DNA of 64,000 nt from Candidatus Pacearchaeota archaeon. Lineage in GTDB: Archaea; Nanobdellota; Nanobdellia; Pacearchaeales; GW2011-AR1. The stretch lies in assembly GCA_040879785.1 (NCBI GenBank), contig JBBDJR010000006.1, positions 192,410-256,409 on the forward strand. The letters run 5' to 3'. Positions 7,845-17,563 of the stretch are shown here, piece by piece; position 1 is the first letter of the stretch; every line of letters starts with the position of its first letter. The translations under genes were made by a program, and so were the position numbers. The notes beneath the pieces are model-generated. The model searched no databases. It worked only from the letters and a program-made list of their open reading frames with translations, and had not been told where the DNA came from.

Positions 7845-9995
7845 TTAAAGATTCCCGAGCACAACTCCTACCAAGATGAACAATGCTATTGTTGCAAAAA
7901 GCGCGGTGATGAAATAAAGAGTCACACCTTTCGAGAAGTTTTTCCCTGTCTCGTGAGTCTGCCTCAGCCTGTCTTCACCCGAGTCAACAGTCACAAGAGT
8001 CCTCGTCAAAATATAAATTATCTGTATCAAATACACTCCAATAATTATCTGCAAGAAGTAAGGAGGAATCATGACCTCTCTTGCAAATATATCTAAGATT
8101 GTATCTAAATTTGAAAACGCCCCCGTCTCTACACCCTCAACGGTTTGTAATTCAAGCTTTGACAAAATAGATGTTATCATCGCAGCCAGGCCAACGACAA
8201 CTCCTGAAAGAAGAGGAGCGAGGAAAGACATATTACTTTTCATATCTGAGGCAATTTCTGCGAGCATATCTTTAAGTCTTGTAGTTATCTTTCCAATATT
8301 TTTAACATACTCTGAAATGCTCATCATGCTGACAGCGGCAATCTTCAACCCCTTTTTTGAAGACTCTATCAAAATCTTCATGCTTATAGAAATTAAGTCC
8401 GAAGGATAATATGCAATCGCCCCTCTACGCTTATCAAAAATTGCTTTCTCGACGCTCATTCCTGCCTGCCGGAGATTATAACTAACTCTCCTAAAAAAGT
8501 TCTCCGTTTGAAGTCCTTTTGAAGACTCTGCAACTTTCCCAAAAACAAGTTCAGGAGGAACGCCGTTACCAAGCCGGTTTCCAATCTGGAATAGCGAATT
8601 ATTAAATTCTTTCTCCAACTGCTCCGTCTTTTCCCTCTCTTTTATCAGCTCTTTAGTTCTCTCTTTGCTAGCAACAGAAAAAAACAATGCAAGTCCGAGA
8701 GGGATAAACATACTAAGAATTAATGCGCCAACTCCAAACGGACCCTTCGTTCCGGTAGAGGTTTCAATAAATCCAAAAATCTCCCCTTCACCAAAAAATC
8801 CTAGGCCCAACTCTGTAAAAGAATAATCAGTTTGTAACCCTACCGCTCCGGGAAGAGGTGTAAACTGGAATATGAATGGCAAAAGACCTAAAATAAAAAA
8901 CGGAAGAACAAGTAAAAACGCCTTAAAGTATGGTTTCTTACTCGCATATTTATAATAAAGAGGATTTCTCTCGAGAAGTTTTGTTTCCCCATATCCTCCA
9001 GGCCTTAAAAAAATAATTTTGTCCGTAAGATAAAATACAAAAAAAGGTACAATTAGATTAAATAAAATTAATACATGAACCCATGTAAGCAACCCTCCTA
9101 ACATCGCCGTTGCAAGAGGTAACAATGCAAGTCCGAGAGTCGGAAGCACAACCCCCAACATATAAACATTTGTCAAAGGACTTTTTACAGTGTGCGTAAA
9201 TTTTAACATCTTATCCTGAACGCCATCAAGAACAACCTTCAATGATTTTTCAAGAGTGGCAATTCTCCTGGAATCATCCGGCTCATACAAACTGCTTTCA
9301 ATAAGATGGAACGACTCCACAAACTCCGTAGAATAACCTCTCCATGACTCAAGATAATTATCAAGACTCTCTTTTATTGTGGAAAATTTTCCTACCTGAA
9401 CATTATAAAAAACTTTTTTGAAATCCAGAGCGAGCGGAGGTTGTAAATGTTCCGAAGCGAAAGCTATTGCCCTCTCAAGATTTGGCGTGTGGCGCATATA
9501 AACAACAACATACAAAATCGCAGGAACCATCTGACTCGAAGCCTTTAATCTCCATTTGTGAGCCAAACGCTCAGGATAAGCCTTCATAAAATAAAATAAG
9601 AACAATGAAAATATTACAACAAGAAAGAAGAACAGCAAAGGAAATTCATTAAAACTACCTCTTATAAGAACAACCGCAATAGAAATTAAAAAACCAACAA
9701 AAAACACTAAAAGAAACGAAACAACACTTAAGGTTAATGGTTGCCACGGCTCAAGATCTAAATGCGCTCCCTCAAGATGTTCTTGTGTTTTTTTCGCATC
9801 TTCCTCAGAAACATTCAGTTTTATAATACTCCCAAGACTTTTACAAAGTTTTTCATACCGGGAAATCTCTTTTGCCCTTTCCTGCTTAAACGTAAGATAC
9901 TGCTGACTGTAACCTTTGTCCACGTCAATCTTAGACTCTATCTTTTTCCCATATTTCCTAAGGATATCATCTACTTCTTTATCTCGTACAGCCAT
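7845..9995 (-). CDS. Polytopic membrane platform protein (FlaJ/TadC/PilC-like) of the pilus machinery
   Basis: 716 aa with many TM helices and cytoplasmic helical domains. It lies between the pilin genes and the secretion ATPase. The assignment rests on topology and context only. Confidence 0.55.
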   Translation of the reverse strand: MAVRDKEVDDILRKYGKKIESKIDVDKGYSQQYLTFKQERAKEISRYEKLCKSLGSIIKLNVSEEDAKKTQEHLEGAHLDLEPWQPLTLSVVSFLLVFFVGFLISIAVVLIRGSFNEFPLLFFFLVVIFSLFLFYFMKAYPERLAHKWRLKASSQMVPAILYVVVYMRHTPNLERAIAFASEHLQPPLALDFKKVFYNVQVGKFSTIKESLDNYLESWRGYSTEFVESFHLIESSLYEPDDSRRIATLEKSLKVVLDGVQDKMLKFTHTVKSPLTNVYMLGVVLPTLGLALLPLATAMLGGLLTWVHVLILFNLIVPFFVFYLTDKIIFLRPGGYGETKLLERNPLYYKYASKKPYFKAFLLVLPFFILGLLPFIFQFTPLPGAVGLQTDYSFTELGLGFFGEGEIFGFIETSTGTKGPFGVGALILSMFIPLGLALFFSVASKERTKELIKEREKTEQLEKEFNNSLFQIGNRLGNGVPPELVFGKVAESSKGLQTENFFRRVSYNLRQAGMSVEKAIFDKRRGAIAYYPSDLISISMKILIESSKKGLKIAAVSMMSISEYVKNIGKITTRLKDMLAEIASDMKSNMSFLAPLLSGVVVGLAAMITSILSKLELQTVEGVETGAFSNLDTILDIFAREVMIPPYFLQIIIGVYLIQIIYILTRTLVTVDSGEDRLRQTHETGKNFSKGVTLYFITALFATIALFILVGVVLGNL

Positions 9996-10133
9996 TGAAA
10001 AACCTCTTTTTAGTTTCTTTATTATGATCCATCATATATAACACAGTATATCCTTAAAAAACTAATAAAAACCAGTTAATAAATTTTTAGAAAGCACTTA
10101 AAACTTATTAAAGACGTTTTTCTATAATGTTTT

Positions 10134-11150
10134 ATGAAAACCTCCTTAAGGATAGCTCTCGGGGTAATTATTCTTGCAGCTATTATCTACTTCCTAAAAG
10201 ACATTGATTTTAGAGAAGTTTATTCTCTTCTCGCCGAAGCAAACAATTTCTACCTCTTTTTAGCGTTCGTTTCTCTCGGAATCTCTGTCCTAATATTTAA
10301 CCTCAGAGGTATCTATTCCATAAGCCCCGTTGCAAAAACAGGATTCTGGTTTAACCTAAAGGCAACCCTTGCAGGGCACTTTGTCAACATAGCAACTCCT
10401 GGCGCTCAAATCGGAGGCGAGCCAGTAAGAGCATACTATCTAAGCAAACGCTACAAAAAATCTGCAACTGACTTCTTCGGCGCGATAATTGCAGACAGGC
10501 TTTTCCATGTCATCACAGCACTGATTTTTATCTTAATATCTGTTCTCTATATTTTAACAATAATTGATCTTCCTTCTGAATTAAAGGTAGGCCTTCAAAC
10601 AGCCTTAATCCTTATCCTATTTATTTCTCTTTTGGCATTACTCCTCAACTCAAAAAAAGTAAGAAGTAAGATGATAAAAATCGTGGAAATGATGGGGTGG
10701 AAAGAATTCAAAAAGAACAAGAAAGGAAAAATTGGAAAAATAAGGAATATGGTATCTAAGCACTCTAAGAAATTCTTTAAAATGTTTCTAAAAGTTATCA
10801 AAAATAAAAAAATTGTTGCTATAGGAATAACACTCTCTCTAATTCACTGGTTATTTGTGTACTTGGCTTCTTATTTCCTTTTCTTATCTTTCGGAATGCA
10901 AATAAATTTTTTGATTGTTTTAGCAGTGTATAGTGTTGGAAGTGCAATTGGAGAAGTTTCACCAACCCCTGGGGGCGTCGGGCTTATCGAAGGCTCCATG
11001 ATTCTTATGTACTCTGCTTTTGGAATAGGATTTTCCGCAGCATTTGCAGTTTCTGTCCTTAGCAGAATGATACTCTATTTCTACTTCTTAGTGTTGGGAG
11101 GAATAAGTATAATAATTCTCAATAAAGAAACCAGCAAGTTGGATAATTAA
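10134..11150 (+). CDS. UPF0104 / lysyl-phosphatidylglycerol-synthase-TM-like (flippase-like) membrane protein
   Basis: 338 aa with about 8 TM helices. The N-terminus (ALGVIILAAIIYFLKDIDFREV) and the motif GEVSPTPGGVGLIEG are typical of this family. Confidence 0.55.
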   Translation: MKTSLRIALGVIILAAIIYFLKDIDFREVYSLLAEANNFYLFLAFVSLGISVLIFNLRGIYSISPVAKTGFWFNLKATLAGHFVNIATPGAQIGGEPVRAYYLSKRYKKSATDFFGAIIADRLFHVITALIFILISVLYILTIIDLPSELKVGLQTALILILFISLLALLLNSKKVRSKMIKIVEMMGWKEFKKNKKGKIGKIRNMVSKHSKKFFKMFLKVIKNKKIVAIGITLSLIHWLFVYLASYFLFLSFGMQINFLIVLAVYSVGSAIGEVSPTPGGVGLIEGSMILMYSAFGIGFSAAFAVSVLSRMILYFYFLVLGGISIIILNKETSKLDN

Positions 11151-11196
11151 ATCTTCCTTAAACTCGGCTACACTTAGACGAGTTTCTCGGTTACAC

Positions 11197-13488
11197 TTAG
11201 ACAATTTTTCTCTTCTTAATCTCCTGGTTAAGCCATTTCTGCCACTCAGGAAAAACTCTGTCTCCGGTAGGAAGCCCGACTTCTTCCCTCACACTCTCAG
11301 AAATTCTATGGAAAGCGTGATTTGAATCAGAGCTAAACCCGGACTCAAGAATATTATTGTTCCCTATCTTTTCTGCAGTTTTAACTAACTCCTCTTTTAT
11401 CTTTGCCCTAAGAAGAATATTATCCCAAACAGCATCCCAGTTTCCTGCCCATCCTCTAACTCCTGAGGCAACGTCCTTAACAACCTCACTATCTCCATTA
11501 ATCAAATCTTCTGTTGGCTCAAGCTCATCCTTTTCAACATTATACTTCATCAAATCAACAAAACCCTTCTCTTCAAGAGGGTCTTCCTTCCAATGCTTTC
11601 TCACTTCTGAAATGCTAACAAGTCTTTTAGTAGCATGCAAACCATCTGCAGTTTTTATTGGATTCGCAACAGAAATTATGTCCGTAGCCTTGAAGCTTGT
11701 CGCAGGAACATCCAAATCATTTACAACTCTATCAAAAACACCATACGGGCTTGCTCCGTGAATTGTTCCAGCAACGACATTCGCCAAAGCCCCAACCCTC
11801 ATAGCCTCATAAAGAGCCTGAGCCTCAGTAGAACGAACCTCTCCAATTATTAAACAACTATCTCCTAATCGAAGAGATGTCCTTATCCCATCATCCGCAG
11901 AAACCTCTGTTGTTGTCTTAAGAAGAGCCGACCTAACTTTCATCCTCAAAATATCATACTTTAATTTCCTTAGAGCCTCGACGGGAAGTTCCAACGAATC
12001 CTCTATAACAATTACCCTAAATTTAGGAATTATCTCTAACATTAAACTTCCAAGTAAAGAAGTTTTACCCGAGCTCCTCGTTCCCGCAACAAGCATTGTC
12101 CTCGAACCATCAACCAAAAAACTTTGAAGGCCTGCGGCAAGAGGATTTATCATTTTATTCTGGATAAATAAAGGGAACGTCCACGGCTCTTCTCTGTGTC
12201 TCCTTATAGAATACGAAACCCCGTCAGGACTTAACGGTCTCTGAACAATTGCAATCCTGGCTCTTATTTTTCCTATCTCCAGTTGCGTGTCGAGAATGGG
12301 ATTTGCCTCATCGAGTGGCCTGCCAGAAATCATTCTAAACTTAGCTGCCCAGGAATTAGTATCCTCATAACTTGGAATTATATTAGTTAAGCATTCATCA
12401 TATTTCTGGTGTCTCACAAAAATAGGTATCATAGAAATGGGGGCATTTAAAGAAATATCCTGAAGATTCTTATCCTGCAACAAAACCTCCAAAACACCAA
12501 AACCAATTGTGTGCCTTACAAGAATCGTTGCAAGTTTATTTATATCTAAATAAGTAACTTTTATCCCCTTACTCTGCGCAAGATCCTGTAAAAGGTCTTT
12601 TGAAATATTAAAAAAAACCTGCCTCGTCCTCTCGGTATCCGTAAACTCCTCTGCCTTAGGCTGATGCTCAATAAGAACTTTCCTTGCAAAATTCAAAAGT
12701 ATCTGGTGGTCCTCATTCAAAACATTCTCAGGCGGAACTAAATGATAGATAAGTTTTGGTTCATTTGTTTTTTTAAGAATTGTGACAAGTGATTTATCAT
12801 AATCATTAATAGAAATCTCATACTGATTTATTATTTCAGCATCATTAGGAAGATCAGAAACAAGTCTCGTAAACGTGAAATTAGGTATAACATCCGGCCT
12901 GAATAATCTATGGTAAATCTCCCTATCCCCCCTTCTATAATCCTCCAAATAAGGAACTGCCGCTTTAATCAGGCCCAAATTCTCAACCATTCCGACTATC
13001 CTTTCAAGAACACCAATATAATTTTCCTGGTCAGACCTCCGGGATATTTCAAGCTTCCCTAAAAGAACCTTCCCATTTATTATTTCATTCTTCAAATCCG
13101 AATACGCAAGTAAAGGATCTCTTTTAAGATTAGTAAGGAATGAAAATATTTCATTATACCTCTTCGGGAATGCCCTAATATTCCCTTGAGAAAGTTTCTC
13201 CTTAGATAAAACATTTTCCTGTTTCAAAAGATACGTGTAAAGGTGGGCTATCTCTAAAAGGAACGAAGTCTCTTTAAAATCATAATTGTAATTCTTTTGT
13301 TGAACAAGAACAATCCGTGAAGCGTTCGGATTTTCAATAAGTGCACTTACCGCCCTTTCCATAACTTCAGGATGTTCGGCCAAACTAGGAACAAACGGCG
13401 CTCCCAAATAATTAATATGAAGAATGTCCTCTCCACCCTCTCTCTTAACTTCATAAGAATAAAGCTTATTTCCCTCTTTTGGTTCCAT
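11197..13488 (-). CDS. Type IV pilus/archaellum-type secretion ATPase (GspE/FlaI/VirB11 superfamily)
   Basis: The track ORF starts at TTG 13497; the first ATG is at 13488. Walker A is LVAGTRSSGKTSLLGSL and Walker B is FRVIVIEDSLEL. There is a long N-terminal domain. Confidence 0.85.
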   Translation of the reverse strand: MEPKEGNKLYSYEVKREGGEDILHINYLGAPFVPSLAEHPEVMERAVSALIENPNASRIVLVQQKNYNYDFKETSFLLEIAHLYTYLLKQENVLSKEKLSQGNIRAFPKRYNEIFSFLTNLKRDPLLAYSDLKNEIINGKVLLGKLEISRRSDQENYIGVLERIVGMVENLGLIKAAVPYLEDYRRGDREIYHRLFRPDVIPNFTFTRLVSDLPNDAEIINQYEISINDYDKSLVTILKKTNEPKLIYHLVPPENVLNEDHQILLNFARKVLIEHQPKAEEFTDTERTRQVFFNISKDLLQDLAQSKGIKVTYLDINKLATILVRHTIGFGVLEVLLQDKNLQDISLNAPISMIPIFVRHQKYDECLTNIIPSYEDTNSWAAKFRMISGRPLDEANPILDTQLEIGKIRARIAIVQRPLSPDGVSYSIRRHREEPWTFPLFIQNKMINPLAAGLQSFLVDGSRTMLVAGTRSSGKTSLLGSLMLEIIPKFRVIVIEDSLELPVEALRKLKYDILRMKVRSALLKTTTEVSADDGIRTSLRLGDSCLIIGEVRSTEAQALYEAMRVGALANVVAGTIHGASPYGVFDRVVNDLDVPATSFKATDIISVANPIKTADGLHATKRLVSISEVRKHWKEDPLEEKGFVDLMKYNVEKDELEPTEDLINGDSEVVKDVASGVRGWAGNWDAVWDNILLRAKIKEELVKTAEKIGNNNILESGFSSDSNHAFHRISESVREEVGLPTGDRVFPEWQKWLNQEIKKRKIV

Positions 13489-13611
13489 TTTATACAAAAA
13501 GAAGAAGAGCGAAGTTTAAAATATTTTGTATAGTCTTAAATTTAATCAGATAATTTATCAAAAAACCATTCAAACACAAACAAATTTAAACCTTTTTAAC
13601 TTTGGAAGGCC

Positions 13612-13950
13612 ATGGCCGAAGAACAACAAGATTACCAAAATCAGCTCCAGGACAGTTTCAATGTAAAGATAAGGGACCTAGAAGAAAAGAATAGGATGTT
13701 AAGAGACAGACTCCTCCTTGTCGGCCAGAACCTTATTGAAACAAAAGAAAAAACAAATGAGGATATTTTAAATATAAAAAAAGAAATAGAAAAAATAAAA
13801 AGAAATATGGAAAAGGTTGTATCGTTTTTGGAAACTGCTTCTGCAGAATTTTCAAAGTTTGCGAAAAAAGAGGATTTGGAGATTTTGTCAAAACAGGCAA
13901 AGATGTTCCAGCCACTTGAATTCGTTAGAAAAAAAGATTTAAAAAAATAA
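13612..13950 (+). CDS. Coiled-coil protein, function unknown
   Basis: 112 aa, heptad-rich and K/E-rich. It is transcribed divergently from the ATPase gene. Confidence 0.45.
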   Translation: MAEEQQDYQNQLQDSFNVKIRDLEEKNRMLRDRLLLVGQNLIETKEKTNEDILNIKKEIEKIKRNMEKVVSFLETASAEFSKFAKKEDLEILSKQAKMFQPLEFVRKKDLKK

Positions 13951-13970
13951 AGAGTTTAATATAATAAAAG

Positions 13971-14888
13971 ATGGGTATTTTAGAGCAAGTTACAGGATTA
14001 AAGGAAAGAGGTGCTTCTGAAGATGAAATTGTCAAAACGCTAAAAAATCAGGGAGTGTCTCCTAATGAAATAAGTGAAGCACTAAATCAGGCAAAAATAA
14101 AAAACGCTGTTTCTTCAGAGCAATCAGAAGGAGGCGAAGGAAAACAAGAAGAGGGAATGACTCCTTCAATGATGGGTACAGAAGAATCTACTGAAGAAAG
14201 CGGTGCGGGAAGTCTTCCTACAGAACATATTTCTGATGAGGACCTGACACCTCCGACGCCTTCAAAATCAGGTCAAAAAGGATATCAACCAGGCAAGAGG
14301 TTTAAGTCCATGACCAGAGAAGTTTCTGAAGAGCCCAAAGAAGGAAGCCAGGAAGATTATGTTCCTCGCCCACAACCACAACAAGCCCCTCAACAATACT
14401 CCGGTTACCAGGACCAGGGACAATACTCTCCCGAATACCAAGACTACCAAGGTCAGGATTACGGAGACTCATCTTACTACGGGCAGGACTCTTCAGACAA
14501 CATAATAGAAATATCTGAACAAGTATTCTCTGAAAAAATTAAAGACATACAAAAACAGGTAAATGGGTTCAATGAATTTAAGATTCTGACTGAAGAAAAA
14601 ATAGAGAATATATCCGACAGATTAAAAAGAATAGAATCCAGCATTGACCGGCTTCAGGCAGAGATTCTTGAAAAAGTCGGCTCTTACGGGCGCGGACTGG
14701 AAAGCGTTAAAAAAGAAATGGGGATGATGCAGGATTCTTTTGGAAAAGTCGTTAACACTCTTGCAGATAAGGCAGAAGAAAAACACTCTCATACATCCAG
14801 ACACTCGACACACTCTGGTGGACATACAAAACACGCTTCTTCCCACTCCAAGAAAAAATCAACTTCTAAGAAAAAATCCAAAAAGTAA
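13971..14888 (+). CDS. Protein with a UBA-like N-terminal helical domain, a Q/E/P/Y-rich disordered linker, a coiled coil and a basic His/Ser/Lys tail
   Basis: N-terminus is ILEQVTGLKERGASEDEIVKTLKNQGVSPNEISEALNQAK. The low-complexity centre and C-terminal coiled coil were read from the translation. Confidence 0.45.
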   Translation: MGILEQVTGLKERGASEDEIVKTLKNQGVSPNEISEALNQAKIKNAVSSEQSEGGEGKQEEGMTPSMMGTEESTEESGAGSLPTEHISDEDLTPPTPSKSGQKGYQPGKRFKSMTREVSEEPKEGSQEDYVPRPQPQQAPQQYSGYQDQGQYSPEYQDYQGQDYGDSSYYGQDSSDNIIEISEQVFSEKIKDIQKQVNGFNEFKILTEEKIENISDRLKRIESSIDRLQAEILEKVGSYGRGLESVKKEMGMMQDSFGKVVNTLADKAEEKHSHTSRHSTHSGGHTKHASSHSKKKSTSKKKSKK

Positions 14889-14950
14889 GAAATAATTTTT
14901 CTAAATAAGAATAAAATCTAATTATTTAAACAACAAAAAGATAAATCTGA

Positions 14951-15535
14951 TTACTTTTTTATGTCATAAGGAACTGCATATTTCGGAACCTTGAAATCTT
15001 TTTTAGGTCCGACCGAGTTCCACATTAAGGCAATTCCTCCGATAACAACTGCAATTAATATTATTCCGGGCCAGTTATCATAAAGATACCACTGCCACTG
15101 ACCTGTCCCGATTCCTGCCCACGCAAAACTCTGAGTAAGCACCACTATAAAGACAACAAGAGCACCTATGAAAAAGAACCATCCCATAAATTGACTGTCT
15201 TCCTTAGCTGGCAAGAATAATCCAAGAAGGATAAGTCCAACAAGAACTATTGCGAGACCTAAACCAAGCCGGGGAAAAATCTCCGAGAAAAATACCGGAA
15301 CAAAGTGAAACTGTAATGATAATAGCGAGACTGTAAGGGCAAGAATTCCATTTATTGATTTATTATCCTTAAACATGTTTACTCTCGTTAAAATTCCAAA
15401 AACGAGAGCGAAAATCAAAAGGAATGGAAGAACATAACTAAAAACTCCTAACTGCTCCCATCTAGCCAGAAGAAATCCTACGTCACCTCCAAAGAATCCG
15501 CCCCCAAACTGGAGACTTAAAATCTTATCAATCAT
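14951..15535 (-). CDS. Membrane protein, paralog of 15598..16110
   Basis: Probable start is ATG 15535 (MIDKILSLQ), with a TATA-like atatttaaatat about 28 nt upstream. It shares LPFLLxFxxVFGIL with the neighbouring gene. Confidence 0.5.
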   Translation of the reverse strand: MIDKILSLQFGGGFFGGDVGFLLARWEQLGVFSYVLPFLLIFALVFGILTRVNMFKDNKSINGILALTVSLLSLQFHFVPVFFSEIFPRLGLGLAIVLVGLILLGLFLPAKEDSQFMGWFFFIGALVVFIVVLTQSFAWAGIGTGQWQWYLYDNWPGIILIAVVIGGIALMWNSVGPKKDFKVPKYAVPYDIKK

Positions 15536-15597
15536 AAAAAGATTTAGTTTATAATATTTAAATATGTTTCGGGGTTGCAAAACTACCTTTCACAATC

Positions 15598-16110
15598 CTA
15601 TTTACCGCTTTTAGGTTTCAAAACCAAAACAAGTGCAATTATTATTACTGCTATAAACGAAACATTCGTCCAGAAAGCCCCGCTCCATGAACTCTGGAAA
15701 AGGAAATTAAAGATTGTATCAAACACCTCAACAGAGGTTCCAGCCGCCCAAAGAAGCCCTGCAAAAACAGCAATAGCGATAAAAATTCCTATAAACCATT
15801 TTAAAGTAGGAGGAACATTTTCAAACTTCAATCCATCTTCCCCTGCAACAAATCCCCAAAGCAAAAGACCGACAAACATAACAACAAGGGCAACAGTCAG
15901 GAAAAGTATGAGATTTGAGACGACAAGTTTAGGCGCAACAGCAACAACAAAAATCATTCCTATAATGAATGCGATTCCTGCATTAAGCTGCTTTCCCTCG
16001 CCAAAAAGCTTTGATTTTTCAAGAATACCAAAAACTATGAAGAACACCAACAAAAACGGCAGAGCAAAGTCTGTAAAAATCCAGTGTTGTAATAATGTTT
16101 CTTGAGCCAT
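15598..16110 (-). CDS. Membrane protein, paralog of 14951..15535
   Basis: 170 aa with 5 TM helices. FALPFLLVFFIVFGILEKSKLF matches VLPFLLIFALVFGILTRVNMF in the neighbour. Confidence 0.5.
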   Translation of the reverse strand: MAQETLLQHWIFTDFALPFLLVFFIVFGILEKSKLFGEGKQLNAGIAFIIGMIFVVAVAPKLVVSNLILFLTVALVVMFVGLLLWGFVAGEDGLKFENVPPTLKWFIGIFIAIAVFAGLLWAAGTSVEVFDTIFNFLFQSSWSGAFWTNVSFIAVIIIALVLVLKPKSGK

Positions 16111-16197
16111 TAGAAAAGAGTTATTTTTATAGTATTTAAATTTTCTGGGAACGCAAAATATCCTTTACTAAGATTAAACAGTCAAAAAACCAACAAA

Positions 16198-16491
16198 CTA
16201 AATCAAATCTTCACTAGAAATCTCTTCTTCCCCAGAATCGGAATCTGATTCCTGGCTTGGCAACGCCGCCTTATTAATTATAAAAATATCACTTATTGCT
16301 CTTACAAACTGGTGCGGAATAATTACTCCTCTTGCTCCGCCCATCAAAGACATAACACTTCCACCTACTTTTATTCTCCACCCGTCTACTTTGTTTTCCT
16401 GGAGATTAGCTTCCTCAACCTCTCCGAAATAATCTCCCGAATCAGTATAAACTTTAGAACCTACAGCCTCTGTTATTTTCTTAACTCTCAT
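16198..16491 (-). CDS. PRC-barrel domain protein with an acidic tail
   Basis: GSKVYTDSGDYFGEVEEANL...VDGWRI...IIPHQFV fits the PRC-barrel pattern. Confidence 0.6.
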   Translation of the reverse strand: MRVKKITEAVGSKVYTDSGDYFGEVEEANLQENKVDGWRIKVGGSVMSLMGGARGVIIPHQFVRAISDIFIINKAALPSQESDSDSGEEEISSEDLI

Positions 16492-16594
16492 AAAACAAAT
16501 TTAATCAAACTCATTTAAATACTTTTCCGTGCTGTCGAATATATTGTATTTTAACAATAACAAACTTTATAATAAAATTATCCCTAATTATTTC

Positions 16595-17221
16595 ATGATA
16601 AAAACAAAAGAGTTTCTTCCGGCAATCCTGACTGTAATAATAATCTCGTTTTCATTAGCTCTTTTCAGAGAAATCGGCCTCTTCCTGACGATTCTTCTCG
16701 CAGTATTTCTCGCAATACTCATAAACATTCTCGCCAAAAAGATTTCCGCATTTTACCTTGATTCCGAGATTGAAATCAAATTCTGGGAAATAGAAAGATA
16801 CGGATTTAGGCCGTGGATGTATTTCAAGAAACCGGTCTATTTGGGAGCATTTCTACCAGTCATAACCTCATTACTCTCAGTAGGGAATTTTGTCTGGATG
16901 GCTTCCTTAATCTTCGATGTCAAACCAAAAACATACAGAGCGGCAAAAAGACACGGACTTTACTCATTTTCCGAGATGACGGAAGACCACATCGGACTCA
17001 TTGCATCCGCAGGCGTTCTTGCCAACCTTTTCTTCGCAATAGTCGGATACCTTATAGGCTTCTCCGAGTTTGCAAAAGTTAACATTTATCTCGCTTTCTT
17101 CAGCATGATTCCTCTATCCGACCTCGACGGGAACAAAATCTTCTTCGGAAATCTCACACTATGGACGTTCCTAGCAACACTTGTATTAATAGGTCTCGGA
17201 TATGCGCTTTTTATAATCTAA
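16595..17221 (+). CDS. Site-2-protease (M50)-like membrane protein lacking the HExxH zinc site
   Basis: Start reassigned to ATG 16595, with TATA aactttataata about 27 nt upstream. SAGVLANLFFA and IPLSDLDGNKIF resemble S2P motifs, but the HExxH position reads NILAK. Confidence 0.4.
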   Translation: MIKTKEFLPAILTVIIISFSLALFREIGLFLTILLAVFLAILINILAKKISAFYLDSEIEIKFWEIERYGFRPWMYFKKPVYLGAFLPVITSLLSVGNFVWMASLIFDVKPKTYRAAKRHGLYSFSEMTEDHIGLIASAGVLANLFFAIVGYLIGFSEFAKVNIYLAFFSMIPLSDLDGNKIFFGNLTLWTFLATLVLIGLGYALFII

Positions 17222-17252
17222 CAAAAAACATTTAAAGACGAAAAACAATCAC

Positions 17253-17489
17253 ATGATAGATAAAATGAACAAACCAAGGAAATCCGGATTACATAAAGGC
17301 AAGAGCATTGCAGCAGTATTCGCAGGAGTTTCATTTATCACAGGCTTCTTTTTCCTGGACAGGGGCAGCGAAATCACAGGAAACGTGATTGTAAATGGGA
17401 ATGTTCCTCCATTCAGCATAATCTCTCTAATCGGACTTTTTCTTGTCTTTTGTTCCGCAGCTCTTGTTGTTTATATCGTTAAGAAATAA
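17253..17489 (+). CDS. Small membrane protein (2 TM)
   Basis: 78-aa ORF with two hydrophobic helices. Confidence 0.4.
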   Translation: MIDKMNKPRKSGLHKGKSIAAVFAGVSFITGFFFLDRGSEITGNVIVNGNVPPFSIISLIGLFLVFCSAALVVYIVKK

Positions 17490-17532
17490 TCTTCCCGGGA
17501 ATAAATTCAGACAATTCCTAAAACTACACGAA

Positions 17533-17543
17533 ACTTTTTATAG
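17533..17543 (+). promoter_or_regulatory. TATA box of the hef helicase gene
   Basis: actttttatag is centred about 26 nt upstream of ATG 17564. Confidence 0.5.
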
Positions 17544-17563
17544 ACAACCCTATTTTTTAGTAT

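Noticed and set aside
15575-16105. 176-aa plus-strand ORF opposite the membrane protein gene 15598..16110
   Set aside because: It is the antisense frame of a hydrophobic protein gene. The minus-strand product has coherent TM helices, a paralog next door and a well-placed TATA box.
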